Origin: Amoebophrya sp. A120
Lineage: Eukaryota; Protista; Dinoflagellata
Reading direction: 5' to 3'
DNA: 64,000 bases
NCBI GenBank assembly: GCA_905178155.1
Contig: CAJINV010000004.1
Span: 7,210,548 to 7,274,547, forward strand
Of the stretch, positions 32,976 to 45,153 are shown piece after piece. The translations under genes and the position numbers were made by a program. How positions within the stretch are numbered: the first letter of the stretch is position 1; every line of letters begins with the position of its first letter. The notes under the pieces were generated by a model that had not been told where the DNA came from, did no database searches, and was given only the letters and a program-made list of their open reading frames with translations.

Positions 32976-33642
32976 TTACTTCGCCCGCTGCTCCTTGCGG
33001 ATGCGGTACTGATCGGCCAGGATACCGGGGTTAGACACGACGGTGACCGGATCGCCGGTGAGGTACTGACTGTTGGTGGTGTAGAACTGCTATGCATTGC
33101 AAAAGTATCGTAATCGTACTCGCAGAAATGCATTACAAATTTCCTCAGCATGAGAAATGAAATTTGTATATGCCGATTCACCTTGAGGAAAAATTTGTAA
33201 TGCGTGATTGCAATACGAGTACGATAATTTTGCAAAGCATAACTGCCGTTTCTTGTCCACGAAGAGCCCTTGATCGAAGTCCACCGTACTACTGTTGTTC
33301 GCCCTGTGGTGAAGGTTTTAGTCGACGTGTGGTGCCGTTTATTTGCTCCGAAACCAAAGGTTTGCCATGCAAATCATGATAAACATTGACAGTGAGTAAC
33401 TAAGATTGCAAGACTTTTTCATGCGCAACATGCTGCATCGCATAAATACGAACAGAACAACTATACCGCAACTTGATATCCGGTAAAGCGTTTCGCGATC
33501 GGTAGGCCATCGGGTCGTATTTCGTCAGTGGCTTGTTGTCCATGGAAGAATAGCAGTACCTTTTTTTGGTTTGACAGATTTCTCTCTCGTATCTCTCATG
33601 CAAAGTCAGCAATTCAAAATAAGGTCTCTTCACGTGGTTCAC
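32976..33642 (-). CDS. Small hypothetical protein (3' part; 5' exons unresolved)
   Basis: KPLTKYDPMAYRSRNALPDIKLR, GT-AG intron 33304-33466, ANNSSTVDFDQGLFVDKKRQ, introner, FYTTNSQYLTGDPVTVVSNPGILADQYRIRKEQRAK*. Confidence 0.6.
33091..33241. mobile_element. Introner family A
   Basis: actgc DR; family A TIR. Confidence 0.9.
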
Positions 33643-35104
33643 ATCTTTACGACCACAACGTCAACGACTTCAGTTCAAAGTGAAAATTTTTAGCATAACA
33701 AAAAACCTATATACCTTTTTGGCCCGAATTGTGATCCATACTCGGACTGGCCGAGGTTACCAGATTTCGGCTTCGCTGGCACGGCGCCCGTCTTGTATGG
33801 TCGCGCCAATATTGTGCCCGCTGTCTGAAAGAATCCCCTCGATGAGCCGACCTGAAAGTTTGAGTTTTTTTCATTTTTCTCATTGTCACAAAACCAAAGA
33901 GTATTCCGTGACATGTTGTTGGAGTTGATGCCATGACATAATTTTCTGATTGATTCCCTCTTGCATCTCTCTAGTTGTAGTTAAGTACAAAAGAGTAAAA
34001 GAAGACAACTATACCGCTGAGTTCTTGAAATAACTTGGTCCTGCGTTGGCGTATTTTCTCTTCAAGGCGTCAAGCTTGGGATCTGCTGAGAGCGCCCCCG
34101 TGGAGGCACTTTTACCCAACGTCATGATGCTGGGTAGTTTTTGTCTACTTTTCCTTCCGACTCGACAGTAAGTGCAAAAAAAAAATCTAGAGTTGCTGTT
34201 CCTATACAGATCGCGGCGGGGTATTTTCTTTTTTGGAAGTTCGGTTCGTAGACGTTCTCTCTCAGCTCACGCTCACGTAGAAATGCAGCATAAAAAACTC
34301 GTGTGTGCGGATGTGTAGCAGCAAAACATTTTTTCAGTCCTCGATGACGAAGATTTTTCAAATACGTATATACTTTATTTTCTCTCCTGTATCCCGCTCG
34401 CATCCAGCTCCAGCATCACCCACAGCATACAGAATTCCAATTAAGTAGCTAGAAAATATTATCGTTTCACTCACTAGCTTTCTACGGACGACGGACCACC
34501 TCAATGGGGTTGTATTGGTGGCGAAGCGAAAGAATGTTGAGCATGTCAAGGCGTAAATCTGTGCATAGAGGTGCACGGGTCGCTGCATCATGTAAAATCG
34601 CTTTTGGGAGACCAATGCACAACACACTTTCAGTGCACTACGTACAACAAATCCCGCCACGACCCAAAAACGATACTAGTCTTCGAAAATTTCGTTTCTG
34701 TTTCTCACGTGTGAAGGTGGACCGATTTTCTTTGACGAATGCGTTGTGATGACGTAGTACGGAGTCATTCTCTCGCTCTCCGTACAACTTGCGAGAGCCT
34801 TTTCGTATCTGTCACCGCTTTAGCTGTGCGAACATCACGTTTACAATTGCTAAGTACTCAAGATTTTTTTACTCACCGGAGCAGCCTCGAGCAGCCTATG
34901 TTTCGTTTACAAAAGTGGTGTTGATGCTGAATAAAAAGCACAGGAGGAGGTCTCTTAGCACCACCAACAGCACGCACACAGCATCGACGCAGAGCGATCG
35001 TCGGCGCTCCTGTATGTGCTGTTCACGTCGTCATCAAAGGTTTTTTTCATGTTCTTCTTGGTCGTCTTTACGAGCTTTTCCAACAACAGCAATCGACAAC
35101 GTCT

Positions 35105-36868
35105 TTATCGGTACATAAACATGACTCGGTCTTCGCCGAATTTTCCAAAGCCGCTATCCACCAGCAACTTGTCGTCCTGCTGCAAGATGCGCCCCCGAAA
35201 CAGCAGACACAGCTTCTTCGTCGCCGGCACTACTTCGCTCGTGGGGCTACCAGTGGCCGAAGTCGTGGCAGCACCTCCCGCTCCTCCCTCCGGTGGAAAC
35301 CCAGCGAGGCGCAGGATGTTCTGCTCGTCCTCCGCTGAAAATTCCGCAGGGATCACGCGCTCGAACAACTTCTCTTTCAGCATCCCGACGGTAGCAGTGT
35401 CGCGGTCTTGGAACTCGAACGGCGTTTCTTGGAAATTTTCAACTGGGGAAAGTTCGGCGACGGCCTTGGACAATTGGGAGTTACAGGTCACGAAAATTTT
35501 CAACGGTTTCTTGGTGGCCTTTTCCTTTACTGATGGTTGTTTGACGTGGTCTAGGACCCCCGCTGGTCGTTCAGGAGATGATGCTGCCCTTGGCTTTGCT
35601 GGGGCTTTTTCACTCACGCTCACGACGGGGTTGGTATCTACCGGCGCCACTGGCTGCAGTTTTTTCGCTTCTTCTTTTTTCACTTCCGGTCGCTGCGATT
35701 CTTCACCAGCAGTTGACTTAAGTTGGATGTCCTTCGCCTTTTCCGCGGTTGCAGTTGCACCACCACGAGATGCTGGTGGAGCCGGCTTAAGAACATTGTC
35801 TGCGCCCTTTCTTGACGGGGGAGACTGTGCTGGCGCTTCTGGGTTGTTCGCGGACTTTGATGTGCCGGTCGTGGCTACAACATTCTGCTGGTGCGACCCC
35901 TGTAGTTCCACCCCACCTGCACTCGCACTCGCCTGCTCCTGTTGCTGGAACCGCTTCAGCCGCTGTTCGCGAATCGCTGCGGCGTGATCCTGCTGCGTGT
36001 TATTGTTCGGCAGATTTTTTCCGGAGCTACTCGCATGGTTTCTCTGCGCGCCTGAAGCCCCGCCCCCAGCAGCGCCCGCCGCCGAGCCCAAACGCTGCGC
36101 GCCATTTGCCGCATTCCCGTTATTCAGCATTGCGTAGCCGATGAAAACACAGAGAAGGGCGACAAAAATCGCACCATTCACCAACTCCGGATCTGGACCA
36201 TCAGGCTCAGCAGCAGCGCCTGCACCGGCTCCATTATTCTGGCCAGCATCATCCTGTAGTCGCTGTCGGTGTTTATTGTTCTTGTCCGTGCGGACAGTTG
36301 TACTACCTTCGGATGCACTGGTATTTCCCGACAGGTCGTTTTCGTTTTCCTCTTCTAGGAAGTTGTTATTTTCCACGCCGTCTTCATAGGCAGTTTCATC
36401 TTCTCCTGGTCCTGCCTCAGAAGAACCTGTCTTCCCATTAGCACCCAGATTGTCCTTCATTTGCTTCCGCAACTCGGTCTCGATTTGCGCCTTTAACTCT
36501 TCCGCGACCTTCGCAACCGCCTCGTCGTCGAGCGTGTCCCGGTCCAGCTGGTCTTCAGCGCCAGCGGACGCGGCTTGTTTCTGTGCCTGCTGCTCCTCCT
36601 GCTGCAACATCTCCTGCTGAATGTTGTAGGGGTCGAGGTCTTTCCGGCCGCCACGACGGCCACGACGGTCCAGCGCTTGGACAACATGGGTGAGATCGTT
36701 CAGGACAAGCAGCAGTAAAGACGACCCGCGCATCAACATCATCCTCGATGAAGTCCTGCCCGACGCGCTGCGGGTTGGAGGACCACAAGCGGACAATGCA
36801 GCACGGTGCGGCCCGAGTTGTCCACCTCCGACGTCGAGGAAAACTGATTGCGAAGACGAGGGGGCCAT
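35105..36868 (-). CDS. Membrane protein with a C-terminal ubiquitin-like domain
   Basis: 587-aa ORF; TM segment AIFVALLCVFIGYAML; UBL-like TVGMLKEKL...LLFRGRILQQDDKLLVDSG. Confidence 0.75.
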   Translation of the reverse strand: MAPSSSQSVFLDVGGGQLGPHRAALSACGPPTRSASGRTSSRMMLMRGSSLLLLVLNDLTHVVQALDRRGRRGGRKDLDPYNIQQEMLQQEEQQAQKQAASAGAEDQLDRDTLDDEAVAKVAEELKAQIETELRKQMKDNLGANGKTGSSEAGPGEDETAYEDGVENNNFLEEENENDLSGNTSASEGSTTVRTDKNNKHRQRLQDDAGQNNGAGAGAAAEPDGPDPELVNGAIFVALLCVFIGYAMLNNGNAANGAQRLGSAAGAAGGGASGAQRNHASSSGKNLPNNNTQQDHAAAIREQRLKRFQQQEQASASAGGVELQGSHQQNVVATTGTSKSANNPEAPAQSPPSRKGADNVLKPAPPASRGGATATAEKAKDIQLKSTAGEESQRPEVKKEEAKKLQPVAPVDTNPVVSVSEKAPAKPRAASSPERPAGVLDHVKQPSVKEKATKKPLKIFVTCNSQLSKAVAELSPVENFQETPFEFQDRDTATVGMLKEKLFERVIPAEFSAEDEQNILRLAGFPPEGGAGGAATTSATGSPTSEVVPATKKLCLLFRGRILQQDDKLLVDSGFGKFGEDRVMFMYR

Positions 36869-37441
36869 GCTTTCTTCTCTACGTTGCGTTTATCTCGATA
36901 GAGCAAGTCGAGAGGACGGAGGAAGAGTTGTATGAGAATTGAGAAAGGAGCAGGTGGCCAAGTACGTCTACGTGGAGGTCCATCAATAAAAATACCTGAC
37001 CTTCTGTGTTGACTTAAGTGCCTAGTACTTGTTTCAATCGCACTCCTGTGCTTGTGAAGCTTTTATTACACACACTCACCGTCTTCACACAGGATCGCGT
37101 TGTTCATCTGAAATGCTCTTGTCGTGTTTCGTGATTCACGGAGTTCGCCGTAGTTCTCCTCCTCATCTCATCTGACACCCACTATAATTCAAAACCGCGT
37201 GCTGCGTGTCCATTTGTGCTCGTTTGGTGTAGTAGAGTACTGGCGGTCGGGGATCGTTTTTTTTTTCCATCTGTTACATTCAGATCTTCACTGAGTGGAA
37301 AAGCTCAAGCAAAAAGCAACGAACAACTTTTCGTCGTCTTCTCCTTCTTCTCTTTGGGCAGTGGGGTTTAGCGTTTCAATCAATGATTATTTTCAGGGGG
37401 GCAGTATGAAAACTCGCTAGAACAGCTAGACGGTAGTAGAT

Positions 37442-38420
37442 TTATAATTCTGATCCATCACTGCTGTTGGCGGCACTGCAACTGCTGTCGTCTCTGCTCT
37501 CCACATAGTAGTAGTAGCAATTCCCCATAGGAACGTTTCCGGTGTTCTTTTTGCTCCAACTGCTTCAGAAACTGTCCTTGGTCAACATGAAGCAGCCAGC
37601 CAGGAATAGTCTGTGCTCCGTAAGGTATCTCTATTCTTTGCGCCGGCGGCTCCTGCCCAGCCGCCGAGGATGGAGTATGGATGTGTCAGAGTTGAAATCA
37701 ACAAAGTTGAAATAACTTGTAATGCGTAAAATGCATGACCCGAGGCACGTGTGTTGCAGAGCAGGCAAGTGAGGCCGATTGTAAGCCTGTTTGGGGTTAC
37801 AGCTCGAGCTGCTAAAGTAGCATGAGAAAATCGCTCTGCTTTGCCTAAACAGCATGACAAAGTGGATTTAGGGACCGCCGAAATTTGTCTTGCGCCACTT
37901 CGAAACTGGGTTCCAACTGGCATCCATTTTATGCATGGCAAATTATTTCAACTTTGTCGATTTCAACTCTGACACATCCATATGGAGCGCGGAAAGCGTG
38001 TATCACGCTACCGTCAGCCATCCTATATTGTCCTTTGACGAGTCCTATCCTGTGCAAAAGTATCGCACTCGTAGTAATTGCAAACATGCATTACAAATCT
38101 TATTCTCAAGCTAAATCCGCATTACAAATTTCATTTCTCATGCTGAGGAAATTTGTGATGCAATTATACGAATCAGTGCTTCTTTTGCAATGCATAAATC
38201 CCTCGCTGGGCGAAGATGACTGCCGAATGTCAGGCCAGCGTTGACGGGTTTCGCCGCGGTCATTTCCCACGGCACCAACCGGCTTGTTCTTCTGCACAGC
38301 AGCGTCTTCGTCTTCTCCTGTGCCGCTCGTGTCTCTCCCCCACTTTCCCTTCGGAGGACGCAACGCGACAGCCCCTGAACCAAGCACCGCGGCTGCCACG
38401 AAGGGGCGACATTTTGGTGG
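37442..38420 (-). CDS. Hypothetical protein with two introner introns (start uncertain)
   Basis: Excision gives SPSEGFVKGQYRMADGSVIHAFRAPSSAAGQEPP...DGSEL*. Confidence 0.55.
37676..37982. mobile_element. Introner family B (307 bp)
   Basis: tggag DR; near-perfect TIR tatggatgtgtcagagttgaaatc. Confidence 0.93.
38046..38196. mobile_element. Introner family A
   Basis: DR agtcc/aatcc; family A TIR. Confidence 0.88.
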
Positions 38421-39195
38421 TTTAATTCGTTCCGATGTATGCTGTAATATTCATCCTCGGTGAAATTAGTTTAACTTTAAAACTCTCGCTTTTATGGTCT
38501 TGGGTGAAAGAAGTGTGGCGCGTCCGCGACTAGTGCAAGCGTTTTTTTTTTACTGTAAATTTAACTATGCACTTAATGTACGGGCGATGGAGATGTAACG
38601 TCTCTTCCCTGGGCGAACACCATCGAACTTTAATTGACGAAGACAATCCCTTGCTACATGGCAGCACAATCAAAATTCTAAACAAGGCTTGACTGTGCAT
38701 TCAGGAATTCCTCACGACCGCAAATTTGCATCAACATTTTTTTGTTTTTTCTCATTAACCTAGTCCTGAACTGCATCAAGCAAGACTGGTGCGATTTGTC
38801 CGCCAGACACCAGGGCCGACGGAACGACCAGGTAGATTCGAAGTATAAAGTATATTTTGATTCACGCAGAATAGGCATAGTATCCACATCTCAACCAAAA
38901 TTAAGCTCAAAATAGTTCAGCGATAAAGCTCGCGATCTTCTGTAGTCTATTGCTGCACCATTTTGCAATAGTCCAGCTTTTACACTTGTTGGTTTTATCA
39001 TTCCCTGATCTTTGCTCTTGCTTTATACTTTTGCATTTACTGCGACTCCAAAATTGAGAAGTCCAGTCACTGGGCTATGACCTCCAGCTAAATCTGAAAC
39101 GAATCCATCAAAATCATACACACAGGAAGACCAAACACAAACAGCAGCTCTAACCACAAGTACGTACTCTCCCCTCGACCACCTCCTGCTCTCCA

Positions 39196-41187
39196 CTAAC
39201 CGAAGATACGCAGCCATCCCTTAGCAGGGACTCTGCAAAGGGGGCACTGCAAGTCCTTGGACATGGTCAGCGCACCTCCCCGGCGGACGTGGTAACCCTC
39301 CACTGCCTCACGCTCGCGCTTCCGCGTGTCTTCGTTCACATCGGTTCGTCGTTCCAACAGGTTCACAAAACACGCCGTGCAGAAGTTCCAGTGGTTGCAT
39401 GGCGACACCGCGATCTCCTTTCTCTTGTCGCAACAAATCAGACACAGCAGGTCCTCTTCCTCTCCAACAGTGGTGCTCGATGAGGATTCGGTCTTGCTGG
39501 ACGAACGCTTGGAGGTCGCTGCAACGCTGCATGTTGACGAAGGTGAGGTGGCGGTCCGCTCGTTCTGACCCAAATTTGTTGAGGAGGCTGATGAAGATGT
39601 TCTTGAGGACTTACTACTAGAGCTGGATGAAGACGAGATGTGAGCGGCGCCAGATGATGAGCCACCACATCCCTCGGTCGAAGATGGGAGACATTCCGTG
39701 TAGAAAGCTTCCTCGCTTAGAAAACCCTGTACTTTGCACTCGAAGGGCTGAAAGCAGCAGAATGAAAAGAAGCTTTCATCGCGGGTTTTCTCGGGTATTG
39801 CCTGTCGGAGGAACTCTCGCCACAACAGTTTCTTGTCTGCAGCCTGAACATGTTCGCGAAACCTCTCGCACAGGATCAGCGATTCGATTTTTCCGTGCAC
39901 TCCACCTCGTTCACCACCGAATTTCACACTGCTTTCCGGGTGGATCTGGATCATCCTCATCAACGCACCATGCGCCGCATCTCCCGGCCCGCCCGTCGCC
40001 TTGTTGTACCGAGAACGCAATGACATCAGCCGCTGAAAATAATCCACGTCGTCGAACTCGTAGTGCCAGTACCATCGAGGCCCCCGCCGCCCGCCGGAGG
40101 CTCCATCGAGCGTGAGCTCAATGTCGCCCGGATGGATTCTAGGAAAAGGTGTGGGTGCCCCGGGAACAAGTTTTAAAACAGTCCGCAAAACAGCGTATGT
40201 CGCAGGTGAGAGCCGTTTTTCGAGAACGTCCGGATTGAAAATAAATCTGTTCAGGCGGTGCAGAGCCGTTACCAGTGGCTGCGACGGGAGCTGCAAGTAG
40301 GCCAGCGCGTTCTGGACTTCACCCGAGCCATCAATTTCTTCAGCAGAATAGTACTCGATGCCGGACTCTTCCGTAATCGGGACCCCGCCATGCATTTTCT
40401 TCTTTAGTGTGCGCGCAATAAGCACCGCGCCCTTGGTTGCGGACAGAGCTTCCGAGTAGTCCGAGAGAAGGTCGTCCAGCAGAATGTTGGCTACGTGACG
40501 CCACACGAACAGGAAGTATTCCTTCTCATCCCCGGGCTCCGCGTAGACGCGTCTCGCCCGCCCGGTCGTCGAGCAATACGATGGGATGTCGACGTACGGC
40601 AGACCGTCTTCGCTCCGCTCACTGACGAGCATGGTTGAGCCGAACACGTTGAAGACCAGGGGTACTACTTCCACATCGTTTGAATTGTCCTCGGGCAGAG
40701 CAGCACCAACTCCGTCGCGGATGTGGTCTGCAAGAGCGGCCTTGGCGCAGTTAATCGGAAAAACGTACGTTAACATTTCATCCAGAAAATAAGATCCGGT
40801 CGTTGTAGACGGCGCTGGAATTATCGCTCCATCGTCTCGCACAACTCCTTCGACCTCGACTGACACAATTGCAGGGCCAGATTCAACATCTTCAACTAGC
40901 GGGCGCGGCTGCGTTGCTGCGGGGGCAGACGGCGCTTCCACATGTTCATCAGGTGTAGTTGCACCACGCGGGACGTTTGGAGCGAGACGAGCCTCGGGAT
41001 CTTCTTGTGGCCCAACATGTAGTTCTTCGGATGCAAGAGCAAGAAGGGACGAAGATGAGAGGTTGAAGTCCTCCTGCCGTGGCTCAACATCGTGGGAATC
41101 TGGCGATATTTCGTTTCCAATGTGAATGAGGAATTCGGACAGGTGCCTGCGAACCGCGTCCAAAAAGCCGGCGCAAGAACACGTCAT
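39196..41187 (-). CDS. C3HC4 RING-finger protein (putative E3 ligase)
   Basis: 663-aa ORF ending CLICCD...PCNHWNFCTAC...CPLCR. Confidence 0.8.
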   Translation of the reverse strand: MTCSCAGFLDAVRRHLSEFLIHIGNEISPDSHDVEPRQEDFNLSSSSLLALASEELHVGPQEDPEARLAPNVPRGATTPDEHVEAPSAPAATQPRPLVEDVESGPAIVSVEVEGVVRDDGAIIPAPSTTTGSYFLDEMLTYVFPINCAKAALADHIRDGVGAALPEDNSNDVEVVPLVFNVFGSTMLVSERSEDGLPYVDIPSYCSTTGRARRVYAEPGDEKEYFLFVWRHVANILLDDLLSDYSEALSATKGAVLIARTLKKKMHGGVPITEESGIEYYSAEEIDGSGEVQNALAYLQLPSQPLVTALHRLNRFIFNPDVLEKRLSPATYAVLRTVLKLVPGAPTPFPRIHPGDIELTLDGASGGRRGPRWYWHYEFDDVDYFQRLMSLRSRYNKATGGPGDAAHGALMRMIQIHPESSVKFGGERGGVHGKIESLILCERFREHVQAADKKLLWREFLRQAIPEKTRDESFFSFCCFQPFECKVQGFLSEEAFYTECLPSSTEGCGGSSSGAAHISSSSSSSSKSSRTSSSASSTNLGQNERTATSPSSTCSVAATSKRSSSKTESSSSTTVGEEEDLLCLICCDKRKEIAVSPCNHWNFCTACFVNLLERRTDVNEDTRKREREAVEGYHVRRGGALTMSKDLQCPLCRVPAKGWLRIFG

Positions 41188-41940
41188 TCTGTAACTCCTA
41201 TAAACAGCTCTCCTTTTTTACAAAATGAAAATCTACTCCTTTAGTACAACTCAGTTTGACTGACGGTACAGCAGCTCTGCAGGTACTACTCCGCCATCGC
41301 CATGCGAAAAGAACGGCTACACAACTTGCAATCAAGTACAACTTCGTTGTCTAAAACTGGGTGAAAATGGCAACATTGCAACTCTGCTTTGTGCACAACT
41401 ACACACTGCGATTTTGTCTTCTCTCTGACAACGTAACGTCGATGAACATGCGAACCCGTCGACTCAGCACTTTTCGTTTTCGTTTTCTCTCTTTACAGAA
41501 AACTTCCGCATCGAAACATGAACATGATACGAAAAGATGGCATGGACATGGACATGGAAGGATCGAGTGGTGGGCGTCTATCTGCCCCCCAACTCGGACT
41601 CGAAACTGAAGCTACAACGCACTCGCAGCTCCAGGATCGGTCGTAAAATGAGAAGTGTTCGCGTTTCGTTCAAAATTTCTTCCTTTTTCAGCAGACAACA
41701 GAACCTTAGGGAAACCTGGGGGACCTTACCTACGTGAAGATAAACCTACCACACAAACCTTTCAAAAAACTTGCACTGGGGAGCCTTGGACCAACCTTAA
41801 AACGAGTAATAGCGAGCGACGTTTTACCTTAACTTACCTCGAAAAATTTGGATTTACTTATACCTTTTCCTACCTCGAAAAATGGATAACAAAGCCTCCA
41901 ATGAACAACAACGTGAACTGAACATGCAAAGCAAATCTTG

Positions 41941-42993
41941 CTAGGTGGGTGTGTTTTCATAATTGAAATCTAGTCTCTTTCCCTCCTGTGTCTTCGCCAA
42001 CTTCTTTCGAGACAGCGACGGACCCGATTGTAATGGACTGAGGCCGTTTTTCTGTCCAGACGACGGAGAGTCGAGGCGGCGCTGCTCTTGCGTTTGTTGT
42101 TCAACGGAACCGGAAGTGGGTTCAGTGTTCGCCTGCTGTCCTTGGCGACGCGGAGTCGTCACCTGTGCGGCCTCACCACCGCCAGAGTTTTCGTGGTGCG
42201 CGGCGGGGGGGCGCCGCGTCTCCTTTTGGGTCTGCTGGTGGTTGCCGTTGGGGCCGATGCCTGCAGCTTGGAGCTGCTGGACTATGTTGCTTGTGATGTT
42301 CTTGGCTTGATCCTGCAAGGCCTCTGCCAAATGCGTCTTTACACTTGTCTCGAGGAGGTTCGTAACTTTCTGACCGACTTCTTCCACGTGGCGAATCGCT
42401 TCGCCGAGGTCCTGCTGCTGCTTCTGTTGGAGCTGTTGATTGTCCTTGCGGGCCAGCTCGATATCCGTTTCATTTCGCAGGGACCGGGCTTCGACCTGTG
42501 CAATTCTCAACTCGTGGCCTTTTTTGAGCGCCTCGAACTCCTCGCGTAGCTTCGCATTCGCCTTCTGCAAAATTTCCACCGTGTGCGACAACTCCATAAC
42601 CTTCGCCTCCGTTGATCGTGATGTCTCGCCGACTACTGCTTTTGGTGCGGGTGCTCTTGGGACTTCGATTGTGTCTTGCTTTTGCTGCTCCGGGGCCAAT
42701 ACGCGAACGCATGTAGCGCTCGGACCTTTGCCTGATCTACGAGTGGGCGCTGGATGAAAAGACACCAAGTCGCCCCTATGCGGGTGCGTGTTGTGCTTCA
42801 CTTGTGAGAAATGAAAATAGTAGTCGGCACGTTCCTCGTCATCGTCGGCAGTTGTGGAAGTGGTGATGAAGCCGTAGCCTTTCTCCGGCACGATGTGGAC
42901 AACGTGGCCAGTCAGCGACCGGCTTTGTTGCCCTTTGGCAATCGTTTGTTTCAAGAAAGCAACATCAACAGTGGACGACATCGTGGTGGACAT
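41941..42993 (-). CDS. Cold-shock-domain protein with a coiled coil
   Basis: GHVVHIVPEKGYGFI...DYYFHFSQV...GDLVSF (RNP1/RNP2-like motifs) followed by a heptad-rich region. Confidence 0.8.
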   Translation of the reverse strand: MSTTMSSTVDVAFLKQTIAKGQQSRSLTGHVVHIVPEKGYGFITTSTTADDDEERADYYFHFSQVKHNTHPHRGDLVSFHPAPTRRSGKGPSATCVRVLAPEQQKQDTIEVPRAPAPKAVVGETSRSTEAKVMELSHTVEILQKANAKLREEFEALKKGHELRIAQVEARSLRNETDIELARKDNQQLQQKQQQDLGEAIRHVEEVGQKVTNLLETSVKTHLAEALQDQAKNITSNIVQQLQAAGIGPNGNHQQTQKETRRPPAAHHENSGGGEAAQVTTPRRQGQQANTEPTSGSVEQQTQEQRRLDSPSSGQKNGLSPLQSGPSLSRKKLAKTQEGKRLDFNYENTPT

Positions 42994-43369
42994 TTTTTGT
43001 ACCTTACCTTACCTTACCTTCCGGCACGACCTGAAACCGAAGCTCTCGGGACCGATTAGTGTGCTGAGAACAGTCGAGCACATACTTAATTATAATATCC
43101 GTGCGGGCCATCACAAACGAAGACGAACCACACGACAATGTACGCTTCTTGTTTTTTCCTTGCGATCGAGTTCGAATCGTAAACGGGAACTTTCCGATAG
43201 GTTGACGAGAGATCGAACATCGCTTTGGTACCATCGAGGGAAGCAGAGCTACTATAACTCCTATTGCTGAGCTGCGGAAGTTAAAATTTTGCGACGGGGA
43301 GGAAAATCGTCCACGCCGAAAATTTTTTTACAGTTTTCAAACGCCCCAAAAGTTTCGCGATTTGCGAAA

Positions 43370-43520
43370 TCGCCCACCGCCCACCGCCCAATTCGCATCG
43401 CCAAACTAGCCACCACTCCCATCGCCTAGCTCCCAACTTTCATCGCCCACTTCCCAATCCCCATCGCCCAGCTCCCAACTTTCATCGCCCAACTCCAATC
43501 GCCCAATGCCCATCGCCCGA
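43370..43520. repeat. C-rich short repeats (ccatcgcccagctcccaactt)
   Basis: Several copies; the motif recurs at ~43800-43860. Confidence 0.65.
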
Positions 43521-44327
43521 CTATTTTGCGACGCAAAATATTTTGCAACTCGCAATAATTTGCGAATCAAAATACTCTGCAACGCAAAATATTTTGCAAC
43601 TCAAAATATTTCGAAACTAATACTTTGCGAGGCAAAATGTTTTGGATGTCGGAATATCTTGCAACTCAGAATCTTTTTCCACCCTCGGAAACTATTCTGA
43701 CCAGAAAATTTTTCGCAACATCAACCCCCCGAAGAAACCGCTTCCCCCGTTTTTGCAGCTTTGAAAGCGGGCGGCACGGGGAGAGCAGAGAGCACGGGTT
43801 CCCAACTCCCATCGCTCGATTGCCGACCTTCATCGCCCGGCTCCCATCGCCCAGCAACTCCCGGCTATGTTGCAACGCGAAATGTTTTGCCACTTAAAAT
43901 ATTTCGCAAAGCGAAATACTCTGCAACGCAAAATATTTCACAACTCAAGATATTTCGCACCTCGAAATATTTCGCAGCGCAAAACATTTTGCCAGCCAAA
44001 AAATTTCGCAAGTCGAAATATTTTGCAAGTCGGAATATTTTGCAGGCCAGAAAATTCCGCAAGTCGAAATATTTTGCCAGCCAAAAAATTTCGCAAGTCG
44101 AAATATTTCGCAAGTCGGAATATTTTGCAAGCCAAAAAATTTCGCAAGTCGGAATATTTTGCAAGTCGGAATATTTTGCAAGCCAAAAAATTTCGCAAGT
44201 CGGAATATTTTGCAAGTCGGAATATTTTGCAAGCCAAAAAATTTTGCAAGTCGAAATATTTTGCCAGCCTAAATATTCTGAAGCCGCCGAAAAATATTCC
44301 GGCCAGAAAATATTTCGCAACATACAA
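43520..44327. repeat. Satellite: ~17-bp unit gcaagtcg(g/a)aatatttt with a ~50-bp higher-order repeat
   Basis: Most regular at 43990-44270; abuts the N gap. Confidence 0.85.
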
Positions 44328-44328
44328 C

Positions 44329-45153
44329 NNNNNNNNNNNNNNNNNNNNNNNNNNNNNNNNNNNNNNNNNNNNNNNNNNNNNNNNNNNNNNNNNNNNNNNN
44401 NNNNNNNNNNNNNNNNNNNNNNNNNNNNNNNNNNNNNNNNNNNNNNNNNNNNNNNNNNNNNNNNNNNNNNNNNNNNNNNNNNNNNNNNNNNNNNNNNNNN
44501 NNNNNNNNNNNNNNNNNNNNNNNNNNNNNNNNNNNNNNNNNNNNNNNNNNNNNNNNNNNNNNNNNNNNNNNNNNNNNNNNNNNNNNNNNNNNNNNNNNNN
44601 NNNNNNNNNNNNNNNNNNNNNNNNNNNNNNNNNNNNNNNNNNNNNNNNNNNNNNNNNNNNNNNNNNNNNNNNNNNNNNNNNNNNNNNNNNNNNNNNNNNN
44701 NNNNNNNNNNNNNNNNNNNNNNNNNNNNNNNNNNNNNNNNNNNNNNNNNNNNNNNNNNNNNNNNNNNNNNNNNNNNNNNNNNNNNNNNNNNNNNNNNNNN
44801 NNNNNNNNNNNNNNNNNNNNNNNNNNNNNNNNNNNNNNNNNNNNNNNNNNNNNNNNNNNNNNNNNNNNNNNNNNNNNNNNNNNNNNNNNNNNNNNNNNNN
44901 NNNNNNNNNNNNNNNNNNNNNNNNNNNNNNNNNNNNNNNNNNNNNNNNNNNNNNNNNNNNNNNNNNNNNNNNNNNNNNNNNNNNNNNNNNNNNNNNNNNN
45001 NNNNNNNNNNNNNNNNNNNNNNNNNNNNNNNNNNNNNNNNNNNNNNNNNNNNNNNNNNNNNNNNNNNNNNNNNNNNNNNNNNNNNNNNNNNNNNNNNNNN
45101 NNNNNNNNNNNNNNNNNNNNNNNNNNNNNNNNNNNNNNNNNNNNNNNNNNNNN
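44329..45153. other. Assembly gap
   Basis: Run of N. Confidence 1.
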
